From: Candidatus Fraserbacteria bacterium
GTDB lineage: Bacteria; Bipolaricaulota; Bipolaricaulia; RBG-16-55-9; DRXL01
DNA: 64,000 nt
Direction of reading: 5' to 3'
Assembly: GCA_947085185.1 (NCBI GenBank)
Contig: CAMTVK010000021.1
Coordinates: 1-64,000, forward strand
The position numbers were made by a program, and so were the translations under genes. The stretch's first letter is position 1, and every line of letters starts with the position of its first letter. Shown here piece by piece: positions 9,146-19,478 of this stretch. The notes under the pieces are model-generated. The model did not search any database and was not told where the DNA came from. It saw only the letters and a program-made list of their open reading frames with translations.

Positions 9146-10671
9146 GGCGTTTCCGTCTGAAGATACTTTTCTAAGCGCAGCGGACGATCTTTCTGCACAA
9201 TAGTATGAGCTTGGAATGCTGGGTCTTCATGGGGAAAATCGGCTCGGGCGTGGACGCCGCGGGTCTCGGTGCGGAAGAGCGCGCTCTGGGCGATCAGCCG
9301 AGCGACCAGTGCTTGATCCGTCTTCAAGGGGCTCAGCTCACGGAGAGCGTACTCTAAGTGCGCACGATCGCGCACCAACCCGACGTAGCGAGTCATGATC
9401 TGTTTGATCTGCTCAAGGGATTGGGGATCGTTCTGGGGGACTTCAGCGGGGATGAACGATCTTTTGAGGGGGAGAGAGGCTTCTGTTCTTACGGCAGCGG
9501 CGACGGCACGTCGCGCGAAAACCAAACACTCCAAGAGCGAGTTGCTCGCGAGGCGATTGGCGCCATGCACCCCGGTGCACGAAACCTCCCCAATAGCGAA
9601 GAGATTCTTCACGGTCGTCTCGCCCCACAGATCCGTGCGCACGCCCCCAATCGTATAATGGGCTGCCGGAGCAACAGGGATGAGATCGCGCGTCAGGTCA
9701 AATCCGTGCTGGAGACAGATCTCGTAGATATTAGCGAAGCGCGTGCGCACAAGGGCAGGATCGAGATGGCGTAAGCTTAAGAAGACGTGATCAGTCTTCA
9801 GAGTGTGCATCTCCTCGAAGATTGCCCGAGCGACGACGTCGCGCGGGGCTAGCTCAGCGCGCTCATCGTACTTGAGCATAAAGCGTTCCCCGCGCTCATT
9901 GAGCAGATAGGCGCCCTCGCCGCGCACCGCTTCACTGATGAGGAAGTTCCTCGCCGTAGGGACGGCCAGCGCCGTGGGATGGAACTGAATGAACTCGAGA
10001 TCGGCTAACTCAGCTCCGGCACGATAAGCCAAGGCGATCCCTTCGCCGGTGGTGCCGGGGGGGTTGGTTGTACGGAGGTAGAGTGCGGCTGCGCCCCCTG
10101 TGGCTAGGATCGTAACACGCGCCAGGAAGATCCGTGTGCGCCCTTCACACAGCGCCTGTGCCCCGACGCATACCCCATCGCTTGTCAACAGATCAATGAC
10201 CGGGGCGTGCTCGATCACGCGAATCTTTGAATTTTGTAAAACTAATTCGGACAATTGGGCGACGACGCGCTGGCCCGTGGAACTCCCCCCAGCATGGACG
10301 ATCCGACGACGGCTGTGGCCGCCCTCGCGCCCCAATTCATAGCCCGTTGGCGTGCGGTCGAACTGCACTCCGAGAGCTTCGAGCTCTTTGATGCTCTGGA
10401 GGCCTTCACGGACTAAGACGTCAACGGCGCGTTCGTCGCAGAGGCCACGGCCAGCTTTCAATGTGTCTTCCCGATGGAGTTGGGGAGAATCGCTCTCGTC
10501 AACCGCTGCGGCGATGCCCCCTTGCGCCCAAGCGGAGTTTGTCTCAGAAAGGCTCGTCTTGGTGAGCAAGGAGACGCTCCCATACTCAGCTGCCCGCAGC
10601 GCTGCATAGAGCCCGGCCAGCCCTGCACCGATGACGAGAACATCGCTCTCACCCAGCTCGATCTGCATCAT
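9142..10671 (-). CDS. nadB: L-aspartate oxidase
   Basis: GAGLAG, AQGGIAA, EGGHSRRRI, QFHPT, SEAVRGEG, AHYTIGG, HGANRLASNSLLE motifs. Confidence 0.96.
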   Translation of the reverse strand: MMQIELGESDVLVIGAGLAGLYAALRAAEYGSVSLLTKTSLSETNSAWAQGGIAAAVDESDSPQLHREDTLKAGRGLCDERAVDVLVREGLQSIKELEALGVQFDRTPTGYELGREGGHSRRRIVHAGGSSTGQRVVAQLSELVLQNSKIRVIEHAPVIDLLTSDGVCVGAQALCEGRTRIFLARVTILATGGAAALYLRTTNPPGTTGEGIALAYRAGAELADLEFIQFHPTALAVPTARNFLISEAVRGEGAYLLNERGERFMLKYDERAELAPRDVVARAIFEEMHTLKTDHVFLSLRHLDPALVRTRFANIYEICLQHGFDLTRDLIPVAPAAHYTIGGVRTDLWGETTVKNLFAIGEVSCTGVHGANRLASNSLLECLVFARRAVAAAVRTEASLPLKRSFIPAEVPQNDPQSLEQIKQIMTRYVGLVRDRAHLEYALRELSPLKTDQALVARLIAQSALFRTETRGVHARADFPHEDPAFQAHTIVQKDRPLRLEKYLQTETP

Positions 10672-10748
10672 GTCTTATTATATAGATATATGCTGTATTA
10701 GCGCAAGGGCTTGCGTGTGGAGAGCCTGTGGCTTAAAGTAGAAGGGCT

Positions 10749-11864
10749 ATGGAGAAGATTTTTGAGCGCTTGGCTGAGCTGCGCAAAAGATATGATGAGC
10801 TTGAGCATCAGCTCAGCCAACCGCAGACTATCAACAGTTCTCACTATATACAGCTTTCGCAGGAGTACGCGCGGCTGAGGCGCCCTGTGGAGCTCTATGA
10901 GCGCTTGCAGCAGCTCGAGAGGTCTATTGCTGAGGCGCGCGAGCTGCTCGACGAAGACGGAGAGTTGCGCGCCCTTGCGCAAGAAGAGCTGGGACGCGCC
11001 GAAGCTGAGCGTGCCCGGCTCTTAGATGAAGTGCGGCTCTTGCTCGTCCCTGAGGACCCGCACGACGAGGGCAACGCTATTGTAGAGATTCGCGCCGGGG
11101 CTGGGGGAGAGGAGTCGGCGCTCTTTGCAGCAGATCTTTTTCGAATGTACAAGAGATACGCGGACGCCCATAACTTTCGTGTAGAAATTCTCGACGCGCA
11201 TCCGACCGATCTTGGTGGGTTTAAGCAGATCGTCTTTGAGGTGAGCGGGCCGGGGGCGTTCGGGAGATTTAAATTCGAGAGCGGGGTCCATCGCGTCCAG
11301 CGCGTCCCCGAAACTGAAGCCGCCGGAAGAATTCACACAAGCACGGCGACCGTCGCCGTGCTTCCTGAGCTCGAAGATATCTCTATTCAGATTCGCGATG
11401 AGGACCTCGAGTTTGAGGCGTTTCGCTCGGGCGGTCCCGGTGGCCAGAACGTCAACAAGGTCGCGACGGCTGTTCGGCTCATCCATAAGCCCACAGGGAT
11501 CGTGGTCACTTGTCAAGAAGAACGGAGCCAGCATAAGAACAAAGAGAAGGCGCTCAAGCTTCTGCGGGCGCGCCTGCAAGAGAGATACGAATCAAAACAA
11601 AAACAAGAGATCACGCAGCAGCGCCGCATCCAAGTGGGCACCGCCGCGCGCAGCGAAAAGATCAGAACATATAATTTCCCTCAAAATCGTGTGACAGATC
11701 ACCGCATTGACCTGACGCTCTACAAGCTCGATCGCATCTTAGAAGGCGAGCTCGATGAGCTGCTGAACGCGCTCGAGAGAGCCTATCGTGAGCAGCAGCT
11801 TGCGGAGCTGGACAAGGGAGAAAGATCAGCATCCCTTGCGCTTGGCGAGCATGATCTGCGATAG
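10749..11864 (+). CDS. prfA: Peptide chain release factor 1
   Basis: PET anticodon-mimic motif (RVPETE), GGQ motif, [15 protein letters not shown]. Confidence 0.97.
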   Translation: MEKIFERLAELRKRYDELEHQLSQPQTINSSHYIQLSQEYARLRRPVELYERLQQLERSIAEARELLDEDGELRALAQEELGRAEAERARLLDEVRLLLVPEDPHDEGNAIVEIRAGAGGEESALFAADLFRMYKRYADAHNFRVEILDAHPTDLGGFKQIVFEVSGPGAFGRFKFESGVHRVQRVPETEAAGRIHTSTATVAVLPELEDISIQIRDEDLEFEAFRSGGPGGQNVNKVATAVRLIHKPTGIVVTCQEERSQHKNKEKALKLLRARLQERYESKQKQEITQQRRIQVGTAARSEKIRTYNFPQNRVTDHRIDLTLYKLDRILEGELDELLNALERAYREQQLAELDKGERSASLALGEHDLR

Positions 11865-13064
11865 CCCCAATTGCCGGCTCCCGCGTGCCCACGCGACATA
11901 GACGTTCCCTTGTGCGTCCACGGCGATCGCTGTCTCGGAGGCGTCAATGCCCGGCCCGCGTAAGCCCAAGAAGACAAAGTTCGGCCCAGAGTTGGGGATA
12001 TCGTCGCGCGTCCAGGTCTGCCCGCCGTCGGTCGAGCAGACAAAGCCCGTCTGCTCTGCTCCAATAATACTTGAGAAGCCCACGTAGAGATTCTTCCCAT
12101 CGGTAGCAATAGACGGGAAGGCCCCATCCTGGGCGATGACCACACTGGGGTTCCAGGTCTGCCCACCGTCGGGAGAGACTGTAAGCATAATATCGGCGCT
12201 CTGGGGGGCTGCTTGCTCGGTGTCGTCGTTGACGTTATAGATAGTATTCCCAATAAATGCCCATTCGGGGGCGTCGGAGAACCCGGGATTCTTGGTGACT
12301 TGGATTGGCCCTTCCCATGTTGTGCCGCCGTCGCTGGTCTTGAAGAAGTAGACATCGGCGTCATCGGTGCTGACGGCAAGCGTGTACGTGAGATAGAGCG
12401 TGCCATCGGGGCCCTGGGCCCAGTGGGGCCAGCGCAAGAAATCGAGCGTCTCGAACACCGTCTGAAACTGTGAGAACGTCTGGCCGTCTTGGGATTTACT
12501 CCAGACGAGCTTCGAGAAATCTTCAAACCATGCGACGTACACGGTCTTTTGGGCATCTACGAAGACATCGACGTTGCCGTCCCATTCGCCCTGGAGTTCG
12601 TGCTGTCCTGAAGCTGCGTCGGTTTCGGCAACTCTGATTGGGGGGCTCAGCCATGTCTGAGCGCCGTCATCCGAACAGCGTATGAAGATATCGCCGCCAA
12701 AGTCATCCCAGCCTTCCCAGACGACGCAAAGCCGTCCGCCGCCGACTGAGACTGCGGGCGCGACCGGCCAATCTCCTCCCATGCCCTCGGAGACATTGAT
12801 CGGATCTCCTGGCTGCAGAGTCTCCCCAGGAGGCACGACGCTCAGAAATATCTCAGCCCCATCTTGCAGACCGGCCCAAACGACGTAGGCCGTCCCATCG
12901 GGAGTGACGGCCAGGTCCGAATTATAGACGAGATCGCCCGACCGAAACCCGGCTGCAGCGATGATCGCCGTCTGCCATGCCGACTGCTGCGCTTGGCTGC
13001 TTAAGCCCACCCACAGCAGAGCTATTCCTAAAACCGACCACTTCCACAAAGTTCGAGAACTCAT
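11826..13064 (-). CDS. Secreted Asp-box (BNR) beta-propeller protein
   Basis: Signal peptide plus five S/T-x-D-x-G-x-T-W/F-like boxes ([39 protein letters not shown]). Confidence 0.8.
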   Translation of the reverse strand: MSSRTLWKWSVLGIALLWVGLSSQAQQSAWQTAIIAAAGFRSGDLVYNSDLAVTPDGTAYVVWAGLQDGAEIFLSVVPPGETLQPGDPINVSEGMGGDWPVAPAVSVGGGRLCVVWEGWDDFGGDIFIRCSDDGAQTWLSPPIRVAETDAASGQHELQGEWDGNVDVFVDAQKTVYVAWFEDFSKLVWSKSQDGQTFSQFQTVFETLDFLRWPHWAQGPDGTLYLTYTLAVSTDDADVYFFKTSDGGTTWEGPIQVTKNPGFSDAPEWAFIGNTIYNVNDDTEQAAPQSADIMLTVSPDGGQTWNPSVVIAQDGAFPSIATDGKNLYVGFSSIIGAEQTGFVCSTDGGQTWTRDDIPNSGPNFVFLGLRGPGIDASETAIAVDAQGNVYVAWARGSRQLGLSQIMLAKRKGC

Positions 13065-13133
13065 ATTTTCACCTCACAGAGCAAAGTACAGTCATTATAT
13101 AAGCTTGAGCATTTGGAAGGCAAGTGAGGCGGC

Positions 13134-13162
13134 TTGACAGCTGGAGCCGAGGGTGTTAATAT
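13134..13162 (+). promoter_or_regulatory. Sigma70-type promoter for the tRNA-Ile/tRNA-Ala unit
   Basis: TTGACA (13134-13139), 17 nt spacer, TAATAT (13157-13162). Confidence 0.75.
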
Positions 13163-13173
13163 AAAAACGCTTC

Positions 13174-13248
13174 GGGTCTATAGCTCAGTGGTAGAGCGCG
13201 CGCCTGATAAGCGCGAGGTCGGAAGTTCGATTCTTCCTAGACCCACCA
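13174..13248 (+). tRNA. tRNA-Ile(GAU)
   Basis: GGGTCTA acceptor stem pairing with TAGACCC, anticodon loop CTGATAA, GTTCGATT T-loop, encoded CCA. Confidence 0.97.
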
Positions 13249-13254
13249 AGAAAT

Positions 13255-13605
13255 AGTTCTGAGTTGGTCAGTTAAACAGTTTGGCAGTTTTTATTTTGCC
13301 AGCTGTTTCTATTATGTCAAACATTGCAGAAGGCTTTGGGCGCAGCTCCAATCGAGAGTTCGTTAATTTTCTCCATATTGCACGCGGTTCTTGCTCAGAG
13401 GTGCGGAGCCTTCTCTACGTTGCTTGTGATTTGGGATACATCAGTGAGCAAGAATTCGCTCAAGCTTCCAGGCAGGCCGAAGAGATCTCCAAAGCAATCT
13501 CTGGGCTTGTTCGCTATTTGAGATCAGCTCATTATTCTTCCTAAAACTTGAACTTGATCTCAAAAACTGGTAACTTAGAACTGAGCAACTGACTAACTTA
13601 GAACT
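13255..13605. repeat. 19-nt inverted repeats flanking the four-helix-bundle fragment (IVS-like)
   Basis: AGTTCTGAGTTGGTCAGTT (13255-13273) pairs with AACTGACTAACTTAGAACT (13587-13605) as 17 Watson-Crick plus 2 G-U pairs. TAACTTAGAACTG is duplicated at 13571-13583 and 13594-13606. Confidence 0.75.
13281..13544 (+). pseudogene. Four-helix-bundle protein (23S rRNA intervening-sequence protein family), N-terminally truncated
   Basis: [14 protein letters not shown]...[16 protein letters not shown]...DLGYI signature; the usual N-terminal helices and a credible RBS/start are absent. Confidence 0.82.
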
Positions 13606-13611
13606 GTCCTC

Positions 13612-13684
13612 GGGGCCGTAGCTCAGTTGGGAGAGCGCCCGCTTTGCAAGCGGGAGGTCGGCGGTTCGAATCCGCTCGGCTCCA
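13612..13684 (+). tRNA. tRNA-Ala(UGC)
   Basis: GGGGCCG acceptor stem with G3-U70, anticodon loop TTTGCAA, GTTCGAAT T-loop; CCA not encoded. Confidence 0.97.
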
Positions 13685-13792
13685 CTTAATAGCGCCTCGG
13701 TATAGCAAGAAGCTTGCTTGCTCTACACAGTACCGTGTATACTCTCAGTACGACGGCTTCCGTCTTGACACGAGGGTCAAGGGGAGGAACCC

Positions 13793-15259
13793 ATGCGCAG
13801 ATACGGTCTATATATCGGAGGCCGCTGGCACGAGACCACCCAACGCTACGAAGTCCGCAATCCCGCCATCCAAGAGTCTATCGCAGAGTGCGCCGTCGCC
13901 ACCGAAGCTGACGTAGATCGCGCCGTGCTTGCTGCTCATCAAGCTCTTTCTGACTGGGCCGCCCGCTCCTACGAAGAGCGCGGAGAATTCTTAAGAGCCA
14001 TCGCCAACGCCCTCAAAGAGCACTTCGATGAGCTAGCACTTCTGGAGTGTCAAGAGACCGGCCGCCCCATCAAAGAGATCCAAGCCCACGATATACCCGC
14101 AACTATTAGCCTCTTTGAGTACTTTGCCGGGCTCGGCCCAGCAGTCCTGGGCGAGACGATCCCCGTCCCCGGAGAGTATCTGACATATACACGGCGCGAA
14201 CCCTTGGGCGTCGTCGCAGCGATTACCCCCTGGAACTTCCCCCTTTGGCTCGCAGCACTGAAGATCGCCCCAGCGCTCGCCGCCGGGAATACCCTTGTTA
14301 TCAAGCCCGCGCCGACGACACCCATAACGACTCTCGAGCTTGCTAAGATCGCCGAGAGCGTGGGATTGCCCCCTGGGGTCTATAATGTGCTCACTGATCC
14401 CACGCCCGCGACCGTAGGCAGTGCCCTCTGCGCGCATCCGTTGGTGAATAAGATCGCGTTTACGGGCTCGACGGCGACAGGGACGAAGATCATGCACTTG
14501 GCCGCTCCCAATATCACGCGCATCTCTCTAGAACTAGGGGGTAAGGCTCCGTTCATCGTCTTTGCCGATTGTGACTTCGATAGAACTCTTGCTCAGGCGC
14601 TCTTGGCGAACTTCTTCGCCCAGGGGCAGATGTGCACTGCTGGGGCGAGGCTGCTCCTTGAGCGCCCGATCTATCAAGAATTTTTAGACGCGTTCGTCGA
14701 GCGCGCTTCCACACTAAAAATCGGTGACCCCAGCGACCCTATAACTGAATTTGGCACGCTCCATTCCCAAGCGCAGCTCGACAAAGTGAGGCACTACGTG
14801 AAGCTCGCTCACGAGCAAGGAGCGCGCTTAGTCTTGGGGGGCAAGCAACCCCATGGGGCAGAGTTCGAGCGGGGCTTCTTCTTCGAGCCGACGGTCTTCA
14901 CTGACGTCCAGCCGACGATGACTCTCGCGTGCGAAGAGGTCTTCGGTCCGGTCGTCGCCGTGATGGCTTTTGATGGCGAAGACGAGGCGATCCGCATAGC
15001 GAATGCGACGGAATACGGCCTAGCTGCGGGGATCTTCACGCAAGATATCAGTAAAGCGTTACGGATGGCGCATCGCGTGAAGGCCGGAAGAGTTTGGGTC
15101 AACTGCTACAACATGCATCCGGCGGGCGTGCCTTATGGGGGTATGAAGAAGAGCGGCTTTGGCCGTGAAGCTGGGCTGCAGTGCTTGCTCGACCTGTATA
15201 CTGAAGTCAAGAGCGTGCAGATTGACACCAGCCCGGACTTCTTCGATTGGTTCATGTGA
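13793..15259 (+). CDS. NAD(P)-dependent aldehyde dehydrogenase
   Basis: ITPWNFP, FTGS, LELGGK, GQMC, EEVFGPV, YGG.K.SG.GRE motifs; GGAGG RBS. Confidence 0.95.
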   Translation: MRRYGLYIGGRWHETTQRYEVRNPAIQESIAECAVATEADVDRAVLAAHQALSDWAARSYEERGEFLRAIANALKEHFDELALLECQETGRPIKEIQAHDIPATISLFEYFAGLGPAVLGETIPVPGEYLTYTRREPLGVVAAITPWNFPLWLAALKIAPALAAGNTLVIKPAPTTPITTLELAKIAESVGLPPGVYNVLTDPTPATVGSALCAHPLVNKIAFTGSTATGTKIMHLAAPNITRISLELGGKAPFIVFADCDFDRTLAQALLANFFAQGQMCTAGARLLLERPIYQEFLDAFVERASTLKIGDPSDPITEFGTLHSQAQLDKVRHYVKLAHEQGARLVLGGKQPHGAEFERGFFFEPTVFTDVQPTMTLACEEVFGPVVAVMAFDGEDEAIRIANATEYGLAAGIFTQDISKALRMAHRVKAGRVWVNCYNMHPAGVPYGGMKKSGFGREAGLQCLLDLYTEVKSVQIDTSPDFFDWFM

Positions 15260-15271
15260 GGGAGGGCGCGT

Positions 15272-16393
15272 ATGCAAGAGAGTTTTTTCAGTTTTGAGCT
15301 GCCCACGCGAATTCTCTTCGGCGTTGGCGCTCTGGACAATCTACGTTTAGAGTTGGACACCCGCGGCTGGAAGTCTGTGCTCGTGGTCACCGACAGCGGG
15401 GTGCGCAAAGCCGGACTGGTAGAACGGCTCACGGCGCAGCTTGGGGGCCTTGACTACGCCGTCTACGACGGGATTCTCCCCAACCCGACGGTGCAGTGCA
15501 TCGAGGGGGCACTGCCCCTCGCTCAGGGACGCGATGCGCTCATTGCTATCGGGGGCGGTAGCGTCATAGACAGTGCAAAAGCTATAAATGCCGTCAAGGC
15601 GCATGGCGGCTCGGTATTAGATTATGAGGGCAACGATGCCGTGCCCGGCCCCTGCGGTCCATTGATTGCGATTCCCACGACCGCCGGAACGGGGAGCGAA
15701 GTGACGTTCATCGCGATGGTCACCGTGCCGGAGCGCACACAGAAAGTCCCCTTGGTCAGTCGCTACTTGGCTCCAACGCTAGCGATCGTTGATCCAGAGC
15801 TAACCAAGAGCTTGCCCCCACACGTGACAGCGCACACCGGGCTCGATGCGCTCACCCACGCTATTGAGACCTTGGTCTCGATCTCGGCGCAGCCCATCAG
15901 CGATCTCTTGGCGCTGCAAGCGATCAGGCTCATCGCTGAGCATCTGCCTTGCGCTGTCAAAGACGGTTCGGACATGGAGGCGCGGGCGAGCCTCTCCTAC
16001 GCAGCGCTGATCGCCGGGATAGCTTTTAATAACGGCTGGACCGGGATGGCGCACGCGGTCGCTCATGCGCTTGGGGGGCTGTATGATCTGCCCCACGGCT
16101 TGTGCTGTGCCTTGGCGCTCCCAGCAACGATGGAGTTCAATCTTGACGTTCAGCGAGCAAAATACGAGCAGATCGCTCAAGTGTTGGGGGCTCCTTCAGC
16201 GGAAGGGGGAATTGAGCGTGTGCGCGCGTTGATCTCTGGAGTGGGCGTGCCGTTGTGCTTGCGGGACGTAGGCGTGAAAGAGGGCGATTTGGACAAGATC
16301 ACTGAGCTGGCTCTTGCGGACGGCACGGTGCTCTTTAATCCGCGCCAGCCGACCTCCCAAGAGCTGCGCGAGCTGCTGCAGAAGATCTTCTGA
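15272..16393 (+). CDS. Iron-containing alcohol dehydrogenase
   Basis: GGGSVID, PTTAGTGSE, DALTHAIE, HAVAH, HG motifs. Confidence 0.95.
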   Translation: MQESFFSFELPTRILFGVGALDNLRLELDTRGWKSVLVVTDSGVRKAGLVERLTAQLGGLDYAVYDGILPNPTVQCIEGALPLAQGRDALIAIGGGSVIDSAKAINAVKAHGGSVLDYEGNDAVPGPCGPLIAIPTTAGTGSEVTFIAMVTVPERTQKVPLVSRYLAPTLAIVDPELTKSLPPHVTAHTGLDALTHAIETLVSISAQPISDLLALQAIRLIAEHLPCAVKDGSDMEARASLSYAALIAGIAFNNGWTGMAHAVAHALGGLYDLPHGLCCALALPATMEFNLDVQRAKYEQIAQVLGAPSAEGGIERVRALISGVGVPLCLRDVGVKEGDLDKITELALADGTVLFNPRQPTSQELRELLQKIF

Positions 16394-16404
16394 AGGAGGT
16401 ACGT

Positions 16405-16809
16405 ATGGGTTTTCCCTATCAAGATCCGCAGCAAGCAAAGCAGTTCGTACTAGGGTTCGCCAACAGTCTCAAGGACGTCAAAGAGATCTATGAGGGCTGG
16501 TCGGCGCTCAAGATGCTCATCGGCATTCACATCAAGCAACCCGATATAGATTTTTGGGTGGACGCTCGCGGTGAGGGAATGCAGATCTGCGAGACCCACC
16601 CCGGTGGCGAAGAGGGTGCGTCTTTGACCCTCACAGCCGATCTCTTTCACAAGCTCTATACGGGCCAGGAGAACGCGATGCTCGCGTTCACCAAGAGACT
16701 CATCCAGCCCAAGGGCAAAGTCAGCGGCATTATGCAATTGACGCGCACCATGCCCCAGGCCATCGAAGCGTATAAGAGATATTTGGCTGAGAAAGGATTG
16801 AAGGCTTAA
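16405..16809 (+). CDS. SCP2 (sterol-carrier) domain-like protein
   Basis: SLTLTADLFHKLYTGQENAMLAF...I..KG pattern; AGGAGG RBS. Confidence 0.7.
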   Translation: MGFPYQDPQQAKQFVLGFANSLKDVKEIYEGWSALKMLIGIHIKQPDIDFWVDARGEGMQICETHPGGEEGASLTLTADLFHKLYTGQENAMLAFTKRLIQPKGKVSGIMQLTRTMPQAIEAYKRYLAEKGLKA

Positions 16810-16814
16810 CTCCG

Positions 16815-17942
16815 ATGCGCATCACGAAAGTTACGGTCAAGCTCCTGGAGTATCCCTTGGAGCAGCCCTTCTATCCCGCGTGGCTGCCTGGGTATCCCCA
16901 AGCGTTCCATCGAGTCAATCTCGTGATTCTTGAGACTGATGAAGGGATCAGGGGCTACTCGGCAGGGGTTGCCTTCGGGCAAGAGGGCCTGAAGCTCGGT
17001 GAGCTGCTTGCGCCCTTCTTGCTGGGGCGCGATCCGTTCAACCTCGAAGAGATTATAAAAATCCTGCGCTCCGCGACGTTTTTGGGGCTGCGCTTATGGT
17101 ACGTCGAGCCGGCGCTGTGGGATATTATTGGCAAAGCCCTGAACGTCCCAGTCTATAAGCTCTTAGGAGGCTATCAAGAGCGCATCAAGGCCTACGCGAG
17201 CACGGGCGAGCTAAAGGGCGTCGAGGAACGCTTAGAGTATATTGAGCAGATTAAGAAGCTCGGTTTTCGCGCGGTGAAGCTGCGATTTCACAGTCTTGAT
17301 TGGCGCGACGATCTCAAAGTCGCGCGCGCCGTGCGCGAGCGCTTTCCAGATATTGAGCTCATGGTAGACGCGAACATGGGGTGGCGGGTGGCGGGCTTGG
17401 GCGAAGCACCCCATTGGGATCTTGCGACGGCGCAACGCGTCGCCGAAGAACTCAAAGAGCTGGGAGTGCTCTGGCTCGAGGAGCCGTTAGATAAGCACGA
17501 CTATCGCGGCTATCGGCTGCTCCGTCAGAGAGTAGGGATCGCGCTTGCCGGTGGGGAGATGAACTCTGACTTGCACGAATTCCGCGAGCTTATACTCCAT
17601 CGGTCGCTCGATATTCTGCAGCCGGACGCGACGCTCTCCGGGGGGATTCTGACGGCGAAGAAGATCGCAGCGATGGCCGAGGCGTTTGGGCTGCGCCTCG
17701 CGCCGCATACGTGGACGAATGGTTTAGGGATGGCGATCAATCTGCACGTGATGGGCGCGTGCCCAAACTGCGAGTGGGCCGAATTCCCCTATGAACCGCC
17801 GGGGTGGACCCCTCGCGCCCGCGATTTCTTCTTGCAAGAGCCAATTCAGATTGACCCCGATGGGTATATCACAATTCCCGCGAAGCCGGGTCTTGGGGTG
17901 GAGCTGGACGAAGAGGCGCTCACGCGCTATGCCAAGGGCTGA
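16815..17942 (+). CDS. Mandelate racemase/muconate lactonizing enzyme family protein
   Basis: ALWDIIGKALNVPVYKLLGG, MVDAN, WLEEP, GGE, QPD, APH motifs. Confidence 0.93.
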   Translation: MRITKVTVKLLEYPLEQPFYPAWLPGYPQAFHRVNLVILETDEGIRGYSAGVAFGQEGLKLGELLAPFLLGRDPFNLEEIIKILRSATFLGLRLWYVEPALWDIIGKALNVPVYKLLGGYQERIKAYASTGELKGVEERLEYIEQIKKLGFRAVKLRFHSLDWRDDLKVARAVRERFPDIELMVDANMGWRVAGLGEAPHWDLATAQRVAEELKELGVLWLEEPLDKHDYRGYRLLRQRVGIALAGGEMNSDLHEFRELILHRSLDILQPDATLSGGILTAKKIAAMAEAFGLRLAPHTWTNGLGMAINLHVMGACPNCEWAEFPYEPPGWTPRARDFFLQEPIQIDPDGYITIPAKPGLGVELDEEALTRYAKG

Positions 17943-18004
17943 CTTGCACGAGAGGCGGTCAAACGGCTAAGATAAACAGACAGAGTGCCGGAGGAGGATG
18001 AGCT

Positions 18005-19453
18005 ATGAAAATCAGTCGTCGTCTCTTTTTGAAGGCGCTCGGCGTTGGGGCAGGGGCGCTGACGCTGGGCCGGGTGTTGGGGTGGGGCCAGCAGCCTCCC
18101 GTGAAGATCGGGCTCATCGGGCCCATTAATCTCTTGGACGTAGGGCGCGCGATGGTGCGCGGGGCGCAGCTCGCCCTCGAAGAGATCAATAAGCTCGTGG
18201 ACGACAAGAAGTTGCCGCCGCCCAAGCTCACCATGGACGGGCTTATTCGCGACGATCAAGTCCTTCGTGGAGATGTGGCTCGGGCGGCGTTTGAAGAGCT
18301 CGTCGAGAAGGGCGCTCAGATGATCGTCGGTGGCTTCCTCGACGAGGCCGTCATGGGGATGATCCCCGCGATGGCTCGGCTGAAAAAGCCCTTCTTAAAT
18401 ACAGGCACAAGTGGGAAACAGTTCAGCGAGCTCGTCAGGAGCGACTACGAAAAATATAAATATTATTTCCGCTTGATGCTCAACAGCGAAGTGCTCGCTC
18501 AGGACGCTGTGGGGATGGTCAAGGGATTGATGAAAGAAGAGCTGGGGGTCCAAAAAGTTGCGCTGGTCATGGAGGACAGCAATTTCGGGCGGGATTTTCT
18601 CAAAATCTTGCAAGAGCGACTCCCCTCCGAAGCTGGCGTGCCGATCGCCAAGGCGATCAATTTCCCCATCAATAATCCGGACTTCAACGCGATTCTTCAA
18701 CAGATTGGGGATTCCGACGCCGATGCGATCATCCCCGCCTTTGCGTTCAACACCGGCGTGCCGTTTGTGGGCCAGACCTATGAGCTCAAGGTTGACGCGC
18801 CGGTCATCGGGATCATCACGGAGGGCCAAGCGTTCGAGTATTGGAGGAGCACAGGCGGACGTGTGATGGGCCATGCATACGCCGACGCTGCCACCGGCGA
18901 GACCCCTCTTACGCCCAAGACCCTCCCGTTCTTCCAAGCGTACGTAGAGCGCTTTGGTGATTCCCCACCGTCGCGACCACTCTACACGGCGTTTACGACA
19001 TACGATGGGCTGTTTATTATCAAAGACGCTATAGACCGCGCCAAGGGCACCGATGCTGATAAGCTGGTCGAGGAGCTAGAGAAGACCGATTATGTCGGGA
19101 CAGTGGGGCGCGTCCAGTTCCGTGATAAGAACGATATCTATCCCCACGATCCCAAGTACGGCCCAGAGTATGTCGTCGTCAAGTGGGTGCTGTGGACGAC
19201 GCTCGCCAAAGACCCGCTCAAAGCCAATCCCCAGAAAGACCCGGTGCGCGTCGTGATCTGGCCCAAGCAATATCGTCTGCGCGCGGACGAATCGGGCAAC
19301 CCCATCAACATTGACGCATGTATCAGCAAAGCTGCTGCCGAGTACAGGGCTGCCGTCGAGGACTGGAAGAAGAAGAATAAGCCCAAGGGCGGGCGGTTTG
19401 AGGCGTGGCAAGCGTTTGCGCGCAGCGTCGCCAAGTGCTTTGCGGGGTCTTAA
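18005..19453 (+). CDS. Liv-type ABC transporter substrate-binding protein with Tat signal
   Basis: SRRLFLK Tat motif, VKIGLIGP, GAQLALEEIN, YDGLFII.DAI.RA. Confidence 0.88.
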   Translation: MKISRRLFLKALGVGAGALTLGRVLGWGQQPPVKIGLIGPINLLDVGRAMVRGAQLALEEINKLVDDKKLPPPKLTMDGLIRDDQVLRGDVARAAFEELVEKGAQMIVGGFLDEAVMGMIPAMARLKKPFLNTGTSGKQFSELVRSDYEKYKYYFRLMLNSEVLAQDAVGMVKGLMKEELGVQKVALVMEDSNFGRDFLKILQERLPSEAGVPIAKAINFPINNPDFNAILQQIGDSDADAIIPAFAFNTGVPFVGQTYELKVDAPVIGIITEGQAFEYWRSTGGRVMGHAYADAATGETPLTPKTLPFFQAYVERFGDSPPSRPLYTAFTTYDGLFIIKDAIDRAKGTDADKLVEELEKTDYVGTVGRVQFRDKNDIYPHDPKYGPEYVVVKWVLWTTLAKDPLKANPQKDPVRVVIWPKQYRLRADESGNPINIDACISKAAAEYRAAVEDWKKKNKPKGGRFEAWQAFARSVAKCFAGS

Positions 19454-19478
19454 TCAGAGCTCTCTCCCCGTGTCAGCT

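Noticed and set aside
13281..13544. Diversity-generating retroelement suggested by the Avd-like four-helix-bundle fold
   Set aside because: No reverse transcriptase and no TR/VR repeat pair with adenine-specific mismatches seen in the window.
13724..13752. Possible operator (CAGTAC repeats, AGTA-N7-TACT) at the aldehyde dehydrogenase promoter
   Set aside because: Too short to distinguish from chance, and no regulator gene is adjacent.
13644..13916. 90-aa ORF
   Set aside because: Starts inside tRNA-Ala and overlaps the aldehyde dehydrogenase gene; no family features.
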